Origin: Planctomycetota bacterium
GTDB lineage: Bacteria; Planctomycetota; Phycisphaerae; Sedimentisphaerales; Anaerobacaceae
Assembly (NCBI GenBank): GCA_030605475.1
Contig: JAUWIG010000043.1
Span: forward strand, 20,405 to 84,404
Length of the DNA: 64,000 nucleotides
Reading direction: 5' to 3'
Part shown: positions 26,980 through 36,186 of the stretch, piece after piece
Position numbering within the stretch: position 1 is the stretch's first letter
Layout of the letters: each line of letters opens with the position of its first letter
Program-made: the position numbers and the translations under genes
Notes under the pieces: generated by a model
What the model saw: the letters and a program-made list of their open reading frames with translations, nothing else
Told to the model about the DNA's origin: nothing
Databases searched by the model: none

Positions 26980-27945
26980 ATGGACGCTGTGAATATTCGA
27001 AAAATTGACGTCTCAGCCACTTTTGCTTGCATCGGTTCGCTGGTTTGCTGGTCGGTGGGGCCGATTTTTATAAAATTTCTGACCGGCTATCTGGACGTGT
27101 GGACGCAAAATCTGCTGCGGTACTCGACGGCCTGTCTTTTTTGGCTCCCGTTCTTGCTGTTTGCTGTTAGGAGAAAACGGATTGATAACAGGGTTTGGCG
27201 GCGAGCGGTTCTGCCGGCTGCCGCAAATACCATTATGCAATCTTTTTGGGCTGGTGCTTTTTACTATATCAACCCAGCTTTTATGGTTCTGTTGATGAAA
27301 TCGTCTATTATCTGGATAGTGGGCTTTTCGCTTATTTTCTTCGCCGAAGAAAGACCGCTGGTCAAAAGTAAACGCTTCTGGTTTGGAGTGGCGCTTTGTG
27401 TAACCGGCGTAGTCGGCGTGACGCTTTGTAAGGAGGATTTCACCGCCACTGAGACCATAATCGGCATAGCCCTTGCCCTTACGGCAGCTTTTATGTGGGG
27501 GGTTTATACGCTTTCTGCGAGGATTGCTTTCAGGAATATTGACTCTCGCAACAGCTTCTCCGTAGTAACCATTTACACGGTTGTCGGGCTTTGCATCCTT
27601 GCGTTGATATTTGGCAGGCCGGCCGATTGCATGAAAATGAACGCCTGGCCGTGGGCATGTGTTGTGATTTCGGCGCTGGTGAGTATAGCGTTTTCCCATG
27701 TGCTCTACTATGCAGCGTTGAAACGCATCGGGGCGACTATCCCGTCGCTTGTACTCTTGTCGTCGCCCTTTATCGTGCTTGCGGTTTCCAGTGTTGTCTT
27801 TGGCGAATCGTTAAACGCGCCTCAATGGCTTTTTGGCGTGGTTCTCGTGGCAGGTTCGGCCATTGCTATTTGGGCTCAGCGGCACTTAAGAGCCGAGAAG
27901 CCCGAAGCAGCCGACAGCCGACAGAAGACAGAATCTGACATCTGA
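26980..27945 (+). CDS. DMT-superfamily (EamA-like) transporter
   Basis: About 10 TM helices in two EamA-like halves. 321 aa. Confidence 0.75.
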   Translation: MDAVNIRKIDVSATFACIGSLVCWSVGPIFIKFLTGYLDVWTQNLLRYSTACLFWLPFLLFAVRRKRIDNRVWRRAVLPAAANTIMQSFWAGAFYYINPAFMVLLMKSSIIWIVGFSLIFFAEERPLVKSKRFWFGVALCVTGVVGVTLCKEDFTATETIIGIALALTAAFMWGVYTLSARIAFRNIDSRNSFSVVTIYTVVGLCILALIFGRPADCMKMNAWPWACVVISALVSIAFSHVLYYAALKRIGATIPSLVLLSSPFIVLAVSSVVFGESLNAPQWLFGVVLVAGSAIAIWAQRHLRAEKPEAADSRQKTESDI

Positions 27946-27973
27946 CCGGTTACGGAAAAACAAAATTTTTCTC

Positions 27974-28003
27974 TTGACTTTTTAAGGACAGACTGCCTAC
28001 GAT
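27974..28003 (+). promoter_or_regulatory. promoter candidate (TTGACT-18 nt-TACGAT)
   Basis: Hexamers at 27974-27979 and 27998-28003, upstream of the S8 protease gene. Confidence 0.3.
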
Positions 28004-28063
28004 GTAAAATTGTGTTGTCTACCATTCATTTCCTAACAGGACTTTAAGGAGAGGAGGTGTTCA

Positions 28064-31000
28064 ATGCGAAGGTCAAATCTTTTAATTCTCTCGATGGCTT
28101 TGGTATTTTGTCTTCCGCAGGTGCTGTTGTCAGATGATGCAAAGCAAGGCATACCCCTGCAAGGCGAATACGTTGGACCTGGGCAGCCGAGTGACAGCCG
28201 CCCTTGCGAAATTGACGTGGACAAAGCCGCCGAAGAAAGTCCCGGCTCCGTTCTGAGTTTCCAGGAACTGCCGGTTATCGAAGAGGCTTTGGCCCAAAAG
28301 GCCGTGGGAATGGGCCCCACTGAACTAATGAGGGTCATCATCTTTCTTGATTACCAGCCGCAGGATGTGATTGCACAACAGGTAACAGACCGACATGCTG
28401 AACAGCTTGAGCAAATCAGGGCTGATGCCGGGGCCATCAATGCCAAATATGCGCGAAAGCGAAATTTGCAGGCCCCAGCGGACGCCGAAAACTACCGTCA
28501 GGACATCCTGGCCCTCAGCAGCGAAGATGCCCAAACAATGCGCACCATTGCCGAACGCCACGAAGCACTTTCTCTGACCGTTAAGAATGAAATCGTGGCG
28601 GCATTATCAGTAGAAATTGGAGATTATCAGCAAAGCGTTAAGGATGCCATCGAAGACCTCGGCGGCGTAGTGGAATTCAGCACGATTGCAGGCAATGCAG
28701 TTGTGGCCCTGATTCCTGTGGGTATCCTGGACGAAGTCGGCAATCTGGATAAGATAGCCCGCGTGGTGGAAGACAAACTAATGGAAGCCCACCTGAACAT
28801 AGCTGATGACGCCACCAGGGTTGGTGATATTGGTAGTTTATGGGATAACGGTGAAACCGGCGGACTTTATGACCCAGCCGTCTTAGACAGCGGAACCGAT
28901 TTGGACCATCCGGCCCTCGAGGACAGCAACGACCGAGATAATTTCTATTCATGGTATCTCGTAGCCGCCTGGGCCAATAGGGCCACAAACGGCTGGGACG
29001 ATGAGATAAGCGAAGATGACTTAAACGGTCACGGAACCCACGTGATAGGTATAGTAGGCAGTTATGGCTCGACCGGATGGACGGACTACCTGGGAATGTC
29101 CTACGGTGTTGACAAGGCCGTTACCTTGAAAGCTGGTTATAACAAAACTAACGGCAGGGCTGGTATGTACTACTCCGACTCTATGCACCTCGTGGACAGG
29201 GCGTTGTATCACGACGAGGATTTAAGACCCGTTGATACATTCAGCGACGACGTGGACGGAATAAACTTAAGCTACGGCGGCGATGCCTACAGCGATGAGA
29301 CGGACTACAGCCGCTTCTGGGACTCGGTAGTCTCGTCGTACACTGACCTGGTGGTTACAATTAGCGCCGGCAATTCCGGTCCAGATAATGCTTATTTTTG
29401 CACTCCGGCCTGTGCGTACAACCCCATTACTGTAGCCAGTGTGGACCACGAGAATACAACGACCAGGGACGATGATGAAATATCCTGGTTTAGCACCCGC
29501 GGCCCGACAGATAGCGGCAGAAGAAAGCCCGATATCGCAGCCCCTGGAGCTGGGGATTCTAATCTCTGTTGTTGTCCTCCACCTCCATTCGATTGTCTTC
29601 CCGGCCACGGTATTCACTCGTGTAACAACGATTGGGAGACCCAAGCTGACTTTGTAGAGGCGATGGGCACCAGCATGGCCGCCCCGATGGTTCAGGGCGT
29701 GGCCATGGACCTTATGGACGCCGGTGTTACCGACGAGCTGAAAATCAAGGCCCTGCTGATAAACACCGCACAGAAAAACGAGCCGGGCATCGATTTTGAG
29801 GACGACGCCGACGGTTGGGATGAGGCCTTTGGCTGGGGATATATGAATGCCTGGGCAGCATATTACCACCGAAATGACGTTATAACGGACTCGGTAAAAG
29901 AAAAACCAAATGCCGGCTACTACCATCTTTACAAGGGGCAAATGCACGACGAAGGCTCAGGCGGAGAGGGACGCGACCGCGTTACGATGGTCTGGAACCG
30001 ACACGCAACCTATGAACCCAATGATTACCCGGGTACCTACTACAGCTTAAGTGACCTTAACCTGCGGCTTTACAGAGAAACAGACAACGTGCTTATCGAC
30101 CATGATTTCGCTGGGGATAACGTACACCAGGTCCGCATCGATTCCGGTGCAGGCTTTACGGATGTGATCGTCAAGGCATACGCGTATTCCACTAACTTTG
30201 CTCACGGTGGAGATACCGAAACGTTTGCCCTGGCCACTGAGGAAGGCTTTGTCGAGGTCGAGCTGCCCGGTGACTTTCAAGGAATAAGCAACTGGCCGAA
30301 CGAAATGGAGCCGGGTGAAGAGAGGGATTTTGAATTCTGGTTGAGCAATGATAGCAATGTTGCCTCCCATAACAATCAGTTCGACCTTATCCTGCCGGCC
30401 GGCTGGAGCAAACTCTCAGGCTCTGACCCTTATAGTGCCGGTTCCATTGCCGCTGGTGAGCATTCATCTCATATCACGTGGACATTGAAAGCACAATCGA
30501 CAGAAGAAGACGGGCTCTTGATTAAATCCCGGCACACCCACGATTCTTACGCCGAATCCTGGGGACCTTTCGACTGGCACATGGGCGTCAACGTCCGATG
30601 GGATACCACGCCGCCGTCTCCAGACCCGATGACCTGGCAAACCGAACCATACCAGACCAGCACCTTTTCCATCAGCATGGTTGCGACCACCGCAACTGAC
30701 ATCCATAAGCCTATAGACTATCACTTTTTCGTCTACGACTTGACCGATGGCGGTGTTTACTACGACGACGACTGGCAATCAAGTACCACTTACGACAGTA
30801 CCGGGTTGGCAACGAACAACTGTTATCGCTACCATGTTCGGGCGCGGGACAGTGCAACCGCTGGCAACACTACGGGCTGGTCCGATCCGAACGACGAATA
30901 TACGGACATTGAAACCCCCAGCGGTATTACCTTTGGCGCTGTCACAACCGCCACCATCCAGGCGAAATCCACCAACACGCCCACAGGTCTGACCCGCGAC

Positions 31001-31993
31001 AGCTCTGGGCTGTACATTCAAAACACAACCGCTGGCGCAGGCTCCGGATGGAAACAAAACAACAATTACTGGACCTGCAGCAAATTGATTCCCGATACGT
31101 GTTATTACTTCCGTGCCAAGGCAAGGAACGGCGATGGGGATGAAACCCCGTACTGTTCTTCAGAAGGGAAATACACCCTTGCCGACACACCCGACGCTCC
31201 CACGGTGGACAACCCAACAACTTCGTCCCTGGATATTACTATAAATCCCGGTGTAAATCCCAGTTATACCCAATATGCCATCGGGATAAGCGGTGGAGGC
31301 GACTCCTATTATCTTAACGCCAAGGGCGGTAACAACGGCACTACCCCTGTCTGGCAGAGCATTTCGTCCTGGGGCACGGTGACTGCCGCTGGGCTGCAAT
31401 CTAACACTACATACGCCGTCGAGGTCAAAGCACGCAATGTTGAAGGCTTTGAGACAGCCTTTGGCCCGCCGGGATATGGTACAACTTTGCCCGTTCAGTA
31501 CACACTGTCGGTAACCTCCAGTCCGGAAATCAATGTTCTGATAGACGTTTTCCCTGACCCAAACGGCACCACGCCTTTCACACGAGACTACGTTGAAGAA
31601 ACACTATTATCGCTGACCGCACCGCAGAGCCACGGCGACTACTGGTTCGTACGCTGGCGACTGGACGATGTGAACCAACCGCTTGGGCAGCAAGAGTTGG
31701 ACGTAACTATGGACGACGACCACGATACCCAGGCCGTCTACGCCATCTGTGGCGACGCCGACCACCCGTATCCCACGGGCGACCTGAGTCAGAATTGCTA
31801 CGTCGATTGGCCCGATGTCGATATACTCGGCGAGCACTGGCTGGACACCGGCTGCGACGACCCGAATTCGAATTGGTGTGAGGGGGCCGATTTGGATGAG
31901 AGCACCGATGTGCGCTTCCCTGATTTTGCCATATTGGCAGCACATTGGCTCGATTGCACCGCTCCCGGACCGCCGTGTGAGTACAACCCGTAG
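28064..31993 (+). CDS. secreted subtilisin-family (S8) serine protease with FN3-like repeats and dockerin-like C-terminus
   Basis: Signal peptide. Catalytic triad blocks DSGTDLDHPAL (Asp), NGHGTHVIGIV (His), GTSMAAPMVQG (Ser). Several FN3-like modules (YRYHVRARD, YYFRAKARNGDG, YAVEVKARN). C-terminal GDLSQNCYVDWPDVDILGEHWL / DVRFPDFAILAAHWL. Confidence 0.85.
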   Translation: MRRSNLLILSMALVFCLPQVLLSDDAKQGIPLQGEYVGPGQPSDSRPCEIDVDKAAEESPGSVLSFQELPVIEEALAQKAVGMGPTELMRVIIFLDYQPQDVIAQQVTDRHAEQLEQIRADAGAINAKYARKRNLQAPADAENYRQDILALSSEDAQTMRTIAERHEALSLTVKNEIVAALSVEIGDYQQSVKDAIEDLGGVVEFSTIAGNAVVALIPVGILDEVGNLDKIARVVEDKLMEAHLNIADDATRVGDIGSLWDNGETGGLYDPAVLDSGTDLDHPALEDSNDRDNFYSWYLVAAWANRATNGWDDEISEDDLNGHGTHVIGIVGSYGSTGWTDYLGMSYGVDKAVTLKAGYNKTNGRAGMYYSDSMHLVDRALYHDEDLRPVDTFSDDVDGINLSYGGDAYSDETDYSRFWDSVVSSYTDLVVTISAGNSGPDNAYFCTPACAYNPITVASVDHENTTTRDDDEISWFSTRGPTDSGRRKPDIAAPGAGDSNLCCCPPPPFDCLPGHGIHSCNNDWETQADFVEAMGTSMAAPMVQGVAMDLMDAGVTDELKIKALLINTAQKNEPGIDFEDDADGWDEAFGWGYMNAWAAYYHRNDVITDSVKEKPNAGYYHLYKGQMHDEGSGGEGRDRVTMVWNRHATYEPNDYPGTYYSLSDLNLRLYRETDNVLIDHDFAGDNVHQVRIDSGAGFTDVIVKAYAYSTNFAHGGDTETFALATEEGFVEVELPGDFQGISNWPNEMEPGEERDFEFWLSNDSNVASHNNQFDLILPAGWSKLSGSDPYSAGSIAAGEHSSHITWTLKAQSTEEDGLLIKSRHTHDSYAESWGPFDWHMGVNVRWDTTPPSPDPMTWQTEPYQTSTFSISMVATTATDIHKPIDYHFFVYDLTDGGVYYDDDWQSSTTYDSTGLATNNCYRYHVRARDSATAGNTTGWSDPNDEYTDIETPSGITFGAVTTATIQAKSTNTPTGLTRDSSGLYIQNTTAGAGSGWKQNNNYWTCSKLIPDTCYYFRAKARNGDGDETPYCSSEGKYTLADTPDAPTVDNPTTSSLDITINPGVNPSYTQYAIGISGGGDSYYLNAKGGNNGTTPVWQSISSWGTVTAAGLQSNTTYAVEVKARNVEGFETAFGPPGYGTTLPVQYTLSVTSSPEINVLIDVFPDPNGTTPFTRDYVEETLLSLTAPQSHGDYWFVRWRLDDVNQPLGQQELDVTMDDDHDTQAVYAICGDADHPYPTGDLSQNCYVDWPDVDILGEHWLDTGCDDPNSNWCEGADLDESTDVRFPDFAILAAHWLDCTAPGPPCEYNP

Positions 31994-32319
31994 GATATGT
32001 TGCAATACCGTCGAGAAAAATAGTAAAAATAGGGAACAGTTAGCAATGGCGGTTGATTAAGTGTTTCTACTCGCAATGGTATTTACGTGCGTCATCCCCG
32101 TCAGTGTCGCCGCGATACCGCCAATCCCGCTGGCATTTTTCGACCTGGACAAGGGCAGATATGTGGTAGCCAAAACCGGGCTGATAAGGCTCGATGTAGC
32201 ACCGACGAGAATATTGACCGATGCGGATTTGGGCTGCTTAACTGTCGTCCCCATTAATTGTTCTTAAGTATATTATAAGAAAGCAGGTCTTTCGGCCCAC
32301 ATTCCATTACGCCCAGCTT

Positions 32320-32751
32320 TTACGGAGTCTCGTCCCACGTACCGTCCTGGTTCAGCGTTACCACTGAAGGCCATGAAGGCTTCTCGGAGCTGCTGGAATT
32401 ACTGGCGGTTACAGTAACCGTATAAGTATCGTAGCCGGTAAACGAAATAGAATAAGCCCCATAATTTGTTCCATCGTTATTGAAGTACTTGCCGCTTAGG
32501 TCAGCGTATGTGAAGCCCAGGTCGTCCAGGTCCACATTAACCCAGGTACCACCCCAGTCCGGCCCCTTTTCAGCGCAGAAAGCACGGGCTGCCGTGCGGA
32601 GACTTCCGGCAGCGGCTTTGCCTTCCGACCACTTGGCTGAATCCACACGACCACGCATAAACGGAATTGCCGCCACGGCCAGAATGCCTATGATGAAAAT
32701 TATCACCATCAGTTCGATTAAAGTGAAGCCTTTTCTCTTTTCCGTTTTCAC
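32320..32751 (-). CDS. prepilin-type N-terminal cleavage/methylation domain protein (T2SS pseudopilin-like)
   Basis: KGFTLIELMVIIFIIGILAVAAIP motif. The start is proposed at GTG 32751, which gives a short basic leader VKTEKRKG. The ORF-track N-terminal extension to 32823 translates a REP-like hairpin (IPAFAG) and is probably not coding. Confidence 0.75.
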   Translation of the reverse strand: MKTEKRKGFTLIELMVIIFIIGILAVAAIPFMRGRVDSAKWSEGKAAAGSLRTAARAFCAEKGPDWGGTWVNVDLDDLGFTYADLSGKYFNNDGTNYGAYSISFTGYDTYTVTVTASNSSSSEKPSWPSVVTLNQDGTWDETP

Positions 32752-32779
32752 TTCTCCTAAAAAGCGTGTTGAAACTACG

Positions 32780-32806
32780 CTTGTGCCTGCGAAAGCAGGT
32801 ATCATT
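32780..32806. repeat. REP-like hairpin module (CCTGC-GAAA-GCAGG)
   Basis: tgtgcctgcgaaagcaggtatcat. It belongs to the same family as 43625-43649, 44270-44288 and 48882-48903. Confidence 0.6.
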
Positions 32807-33018
32807 TCTTCCAATGTTACCATATTTTCAATCGGTCGATTTATTAAACGGCTTTATCAGCTTTTCTCTTTGCTTCTTGTGTGTCTCAGGGTGGTAAATA
32901 TAGGGCTTAGCCGGCAGGATGATAAAAATACTTGCAGAAACGGGAGTTTTGGGTTATTCTTCTTGCTTCTTTTTGTTGGCAAAAGTGTAATTGGAAACCC
33001 TTATTTAGGAAGCTTGTG

Positions 33019-35049
33019 ATGAGTGTATCTGTAAAAAGCTCAGGTTTGTCTGAACTTGACCAGCTTGCTGTTCAAACAATTCGGTTTTTGTCTATAGAAG
33101 GTGTCCAGAAAGCCAAATCGGGCCATCCCGGTATAACGATGGGAATGGCGCCGGCGGCGTACGTGCTCTGGACCAGACACCTCAAATACAATCCCTCCAA
33201 TCCGCGGTGGCAGGCTCGTGACCGCTTTGTTCTTTCAGCCGGACACGGCAGCATGCTGCTGTATTCGCTGCTGCACCTGACAGGTTATCCTTTGAGTATG
33301 GAGGATTTGAAGAATTTCCGGCAGTGGGCGAGTAAGACGCCGGGACATCCGGAATATGAGCCGAACCACGGGATTGAGGTTACCACCGGCCCACTCGGCC
33401 AGGGGCTCGCTAATGCGGTCGGGATGGCAATAGCACAGAAAAATTTAGCCGGCTATTTCAATCGGGATGGCTTTCCCATCATTGACTATAGAGTTTATTG
33501 CATAGCTGGTGACGGCGATTTGGAGGAAGGTGTTACTTCTGAGGCCTGTTCGCTGGCAGGACACTTGGGACTGGACAACCTGATTGTGATTTACGATGAC
33601 AATCATATCACTATCGATGGTGATACGACCCTTACCTTTACCGAAGATACGGCCAAACGCTATGAGGCTTATGGCTGGTATGTGCAGATGGTGCCGGGCG
33701 ACGGCAATGATATGGCTGCTTTTGAAAAGGCTTTGCAGAAAGCAAAAAGTGAAAAGACTCGGCCCTCCATTATAAAGCTTCGCACACATATCGCTTACGG
33801 AAGCCCGAACAAGCAGGATACCGCTGAATCGCACGGTGCTCCGCTGGGCGATGACGAAATCAGGTTGATTAAGAAAAAATTCGGCTGGGACCCTGATAAA
33901 AGTTTCTATGTGCCGCAGGAAGTGTTGACTCATATGCGAAAAGCCGTCGAGAAGGGCAAAGAAGCACAAGCAGCCTGGGACAAGATGTTTGACGAATACG
34001 CCGGGGCCTATCCGAACCTTGCTAAGCAGTTCCGTGACGCCGCAGCTGGAAAGTTAAGTGTAAATCTTGACGGGCTTTTGCCGAAGTTTGACCCAGGCAG
34101 CTCTATCGCGACCCGCAAAGCCTCAGGAAAAGTTTTAGATGCCTTGATGCCTGAGCTGCCGTTTGTTTTGGGAGGCTCAGCGGATTTGACGCCCTCGAAC
34201 AATACAAAGTTCGCCGGCGCAAAGGATTTTCAAAAAGATGCAAGGGACGGCAGATACATACGCTACGGCGTCCGAGAGCACGCAATGGGGGCGGTAATGA
34301 ACGGCATTTCCGTAAGCGGCCTGACCAGGGCCTATGGTGGAACATTTCTGGTTTTCTCCGATTATATGCGGGCGGCGATTCGCGTGGCAGCTATGTCGAA
34401 GTATCCGACAATATTTGTTTTCACACACGACAGTATTGGTATCGGCGAGGATGGCCCAACCCATCAGCCGGTAGAGCACATCGCGGCCCTTCGCACGATG
34501 CCCAATTTGAGCGTGATTCGACCGGCCGATGCCAATGAGACTGCCCAGGCCTGGAAGTTTGCGTTGGAGCATCGTGATGGCCCGGTAGCTCTGCTTCTTA
34601 CTCGTCAGGGACTGCCTGTTATCGACCAGGACAAATACAATTCTGCGGTGAATCTAAGTAAAGGTGCTTACATTCTGGTCGGCGCTGATAAACCTGATGT
34701 ATTGTTATTGGCGACCGGCTCGGAAGTTAATATTGCCTTGGAGGCACGCGAGAGACTGGCTGCCGATGGAGTTAGTGCACGGGTCGTTAGTATGCCTTGC
34801 TGGGAGCTGTTTGAAAAGCAGAGCCGGGAATATAAAGACTCCGTTCTTCCGCCTGATGTAAAGGCCAGGGTTGGCATTGAGACCGGCGTCGAGCTGGGCT
34901 GGAGCAAATGGCTCGGCGACAATGGCATCTTTATTGGAATGTCATCTTTCGGCGCCTCCGCACCCGGCAAGGTCTGCTTCGAAAAATTCGGAATTACAGT
35001 TGAAAAAGCAGTTGAAGCAGCCGAAAAATCGATAGCGGATAGCGAATAA
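33019..35049 (+). CDS. tkt: transketolase
   Basis: SGHPGITMGMAPAAYVLW, GDGDLEEGV and FTHDSIGIGEDGPTHQP motifs. The start is set at ATG 33019. Confidence 0.9.
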   Translation: MSVSVKSSGLSELDQLAVQTIRFLSIEGVQKAKSGHPGITMGMAPAAYVLWTRHLKYNPSNPRWQARDRFVLSAGHGSMLLYSLLHLTGYPLSMEDLKNFRQWASKTPGHPEYEPNHGIEVTTGPLGQGLANAVGMAIAQKNLAGYFNRDGFPIIDYRVYCIAGDGDLEEGVTSEACSLAGHLGLDNLIVIYDDNHITIDGDTTLTFTEDTAKRYEAYGWYVQMVPGDGNDMAAFEKALQKAKSEKTRPSIIKLRTHIAYGSPNKQDTAESHGAPLGDDEIRLIKKKFGWDPDKSFYVPQEVLTHMRKAVEKGKEAQAAWDKMFDEYAGAYPNLAKQFRDAAAGKLSVNLDGLLPKFDPGSSIATRKASGKVLDALMPELPFVLGGSADLTPSNNTKFAGAKDFQKDARDGRYIRYGVREHAMGAVMNGISVSGLTRAYGGTFLVFSDYMRAAIRVAAMSKYPTIFVFTHDSIGIGEDGPTHQPVEHIAALRTMPNLSVIRPADANETAQAWKFALEHRDGPVALLLTRQGLPVIDQDKYNSAVNLSKGAYILVGADKPDVLLLATGSEVNIALEARERLAADGVSARVVSMPCWELFEKQSREYKDSVLPPDVKARVGIETGVELGWSKWLGDNGIFIGMSSFGASAPGKVCFEKFGITVEKAVEAAEKSIADSE

Positions 35050-35219
35050 AAAAATAGCCACAGAGATGTCATCGCGATCCGCCGCAGGCGGAGAAGCAAT
35101 CTCAAACTATGAACAATGAACTACGAACTATAAACCAAATTCCTTGACCGCAAATGCGGGTTTGGGTTTATTGAATGATTCCGCGAGTGCAAACAACTTG
35201 CACTCTCTGATGGAAAAAC

Positions 35220-35549
35220 TTAATCTAAAAGTTCTGTGATAAAGTCCCTGAATTGCGGTAGATTATTTTTGCAGGTATCCCACACCACTTTTTTATTAAC
35301 ATCAAAGTACTCATGAATCAGAATATTTCGCATATCCGTTGCATCACGAAGTGGTACATTTGAGTGCTGCTCGCGAAAATCATCGCTTAAACTCCTTGAG
35401 GCTTCCCCAATTATCTCAAGCTCACGAACCACAGCATCTACAATCATATCGCTGTTGGCAAATTCCTCAAAACTCATTTTGCCCAAATACTGCTCAATCT
35501 TATCTATGGCTTCAAGGATATGCAAAAGATAGGTTTGGTCATTTTTCAT
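35220..35549 (-). CDS. hepT: HepT-like (DUF86) ribonuclease toxin
   Basis: 109 aa with RNILIHEYFDV (Rx4HxY motif). It overlaps the upstream nucleotidyltransferase gene by 11 nt. Confidence 0.8.
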   Translation of the reverse strand: MKNDQTYLLHILEAIDKIEQYLGKMSFEEFANSDMIVDAVVRELEIIGEASRSLSDDFREQHSNVPLRDATDMRNILIHEYFDVNKKVVWDTCKNNLPQFRDFITELLD

Positions 35550-35844
35550 AGAAACATTCCGCCTGCTGAAGAACTTCGGCTCTGAAAAATTTGCTTATTG
35601 CCGGTGGAGTCAACAAGTCTACAGTCTTTCCTGAAAATGCTTCGAGATTTCTCTTAATCTGAGCCAGTTCAAAATACCCTATCTTCGCCGTAGACACGAA
35701 ATCAATAAGAACATCAATGTCGCTGTCGGCTTTGGCCTGGTCGGTTAGGTAAGAGCCGAAAAGAGCCACAGACTTGATTTCCGCGAGATGCGAATCGCTT
35801 TTAACAGCTTCCAGCAATTTGCTTTTAATTTCCTTTTTATCCAT
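35539..35844 (-). CDS. mntA: MntA-like minimal nucleotidyltransferase antitoxin
   Basis: ALFGSYLTDQAKADSDIDVLIDF (GSx10DxD motif). The start is set at ATG 35844. The upstream ORF-track extension translates a repeat module. Confidence 0.8.
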   Translation of the reverse strand: MDKKEIKSKLLEAVKSDSHLAEIKSVALFGSYLTDQAKADSDIDVLIDFVSTAKIGYFELAQIKRNLEAFSGKTVDLLTPPAISKFFRAEVLQQAECFYEK

Positions 35845-36132
35845 AACAATAAGTCTAAAGCCTGAGTTAATCCGTGTCAAAACAAATTCCCCAAAAAAGG
35901 GCATACACGCCTCGGCTGAGATCACGAAGTCAGCACACACTACAGGGATAGAATAAGCCGGGTAGGGTGGGGCTTGCCACACGCGGTTTTTCTATTTAAG
36001 AAAAGATAGAATTGTCCGGCGCTGCGATTTCGCTTACAATAGTTTTTGGTAAAGAACCGTTGTTGCGGTAATCCTGTGGACCTTGGACAAGATAAGACAG
36101 TTGCCAAGCTAATCTCCCGGCTTGAGGCCGCC

Positions 36133-36171
36133 AGCCCCGTTAGAAGTCGACGACTTACTTCTAACGGGGCT
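36133..36171. repeat. palindromic element, 15-bp perfect arms (AGCCCCGTTAGAAGT / ACTTCTAACGGGGCT), 39 nt
   Basis: Arms at 36133-36147 and 36157-36171 with a 9-nt loop. It is homologous to the element at 23424-23480. Confidence 0.85.
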
Positions 36172-36186
36172 AAGGACGGCGGGGGG

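Noticed and set aside
27013-27699. 228-aa minus-strand ORF antisense to the EamA transporter gene
   Set aside because: It has basic, low-complexity composition (RRNHN, PRPG, KRK) and overlaps a well-supported multi-TM transporter ORF on the other strand.
29267-29947. 226-aa minus-strand ORF inside the S8 protease gene
   Set aside because: It is antisense to the catalytic-domain region, which has clear Asp/His/Ser blocks on the plus strand. It has no motifs of its own.
32061-32267. 68-aa GTG-initiated ORF in the gap between the S8 protease and the pseudopilin gene
   Set aside because: No RBS and no recognisable family. It might be a small hydrophobic protein, but the evidence is insufficient to call.
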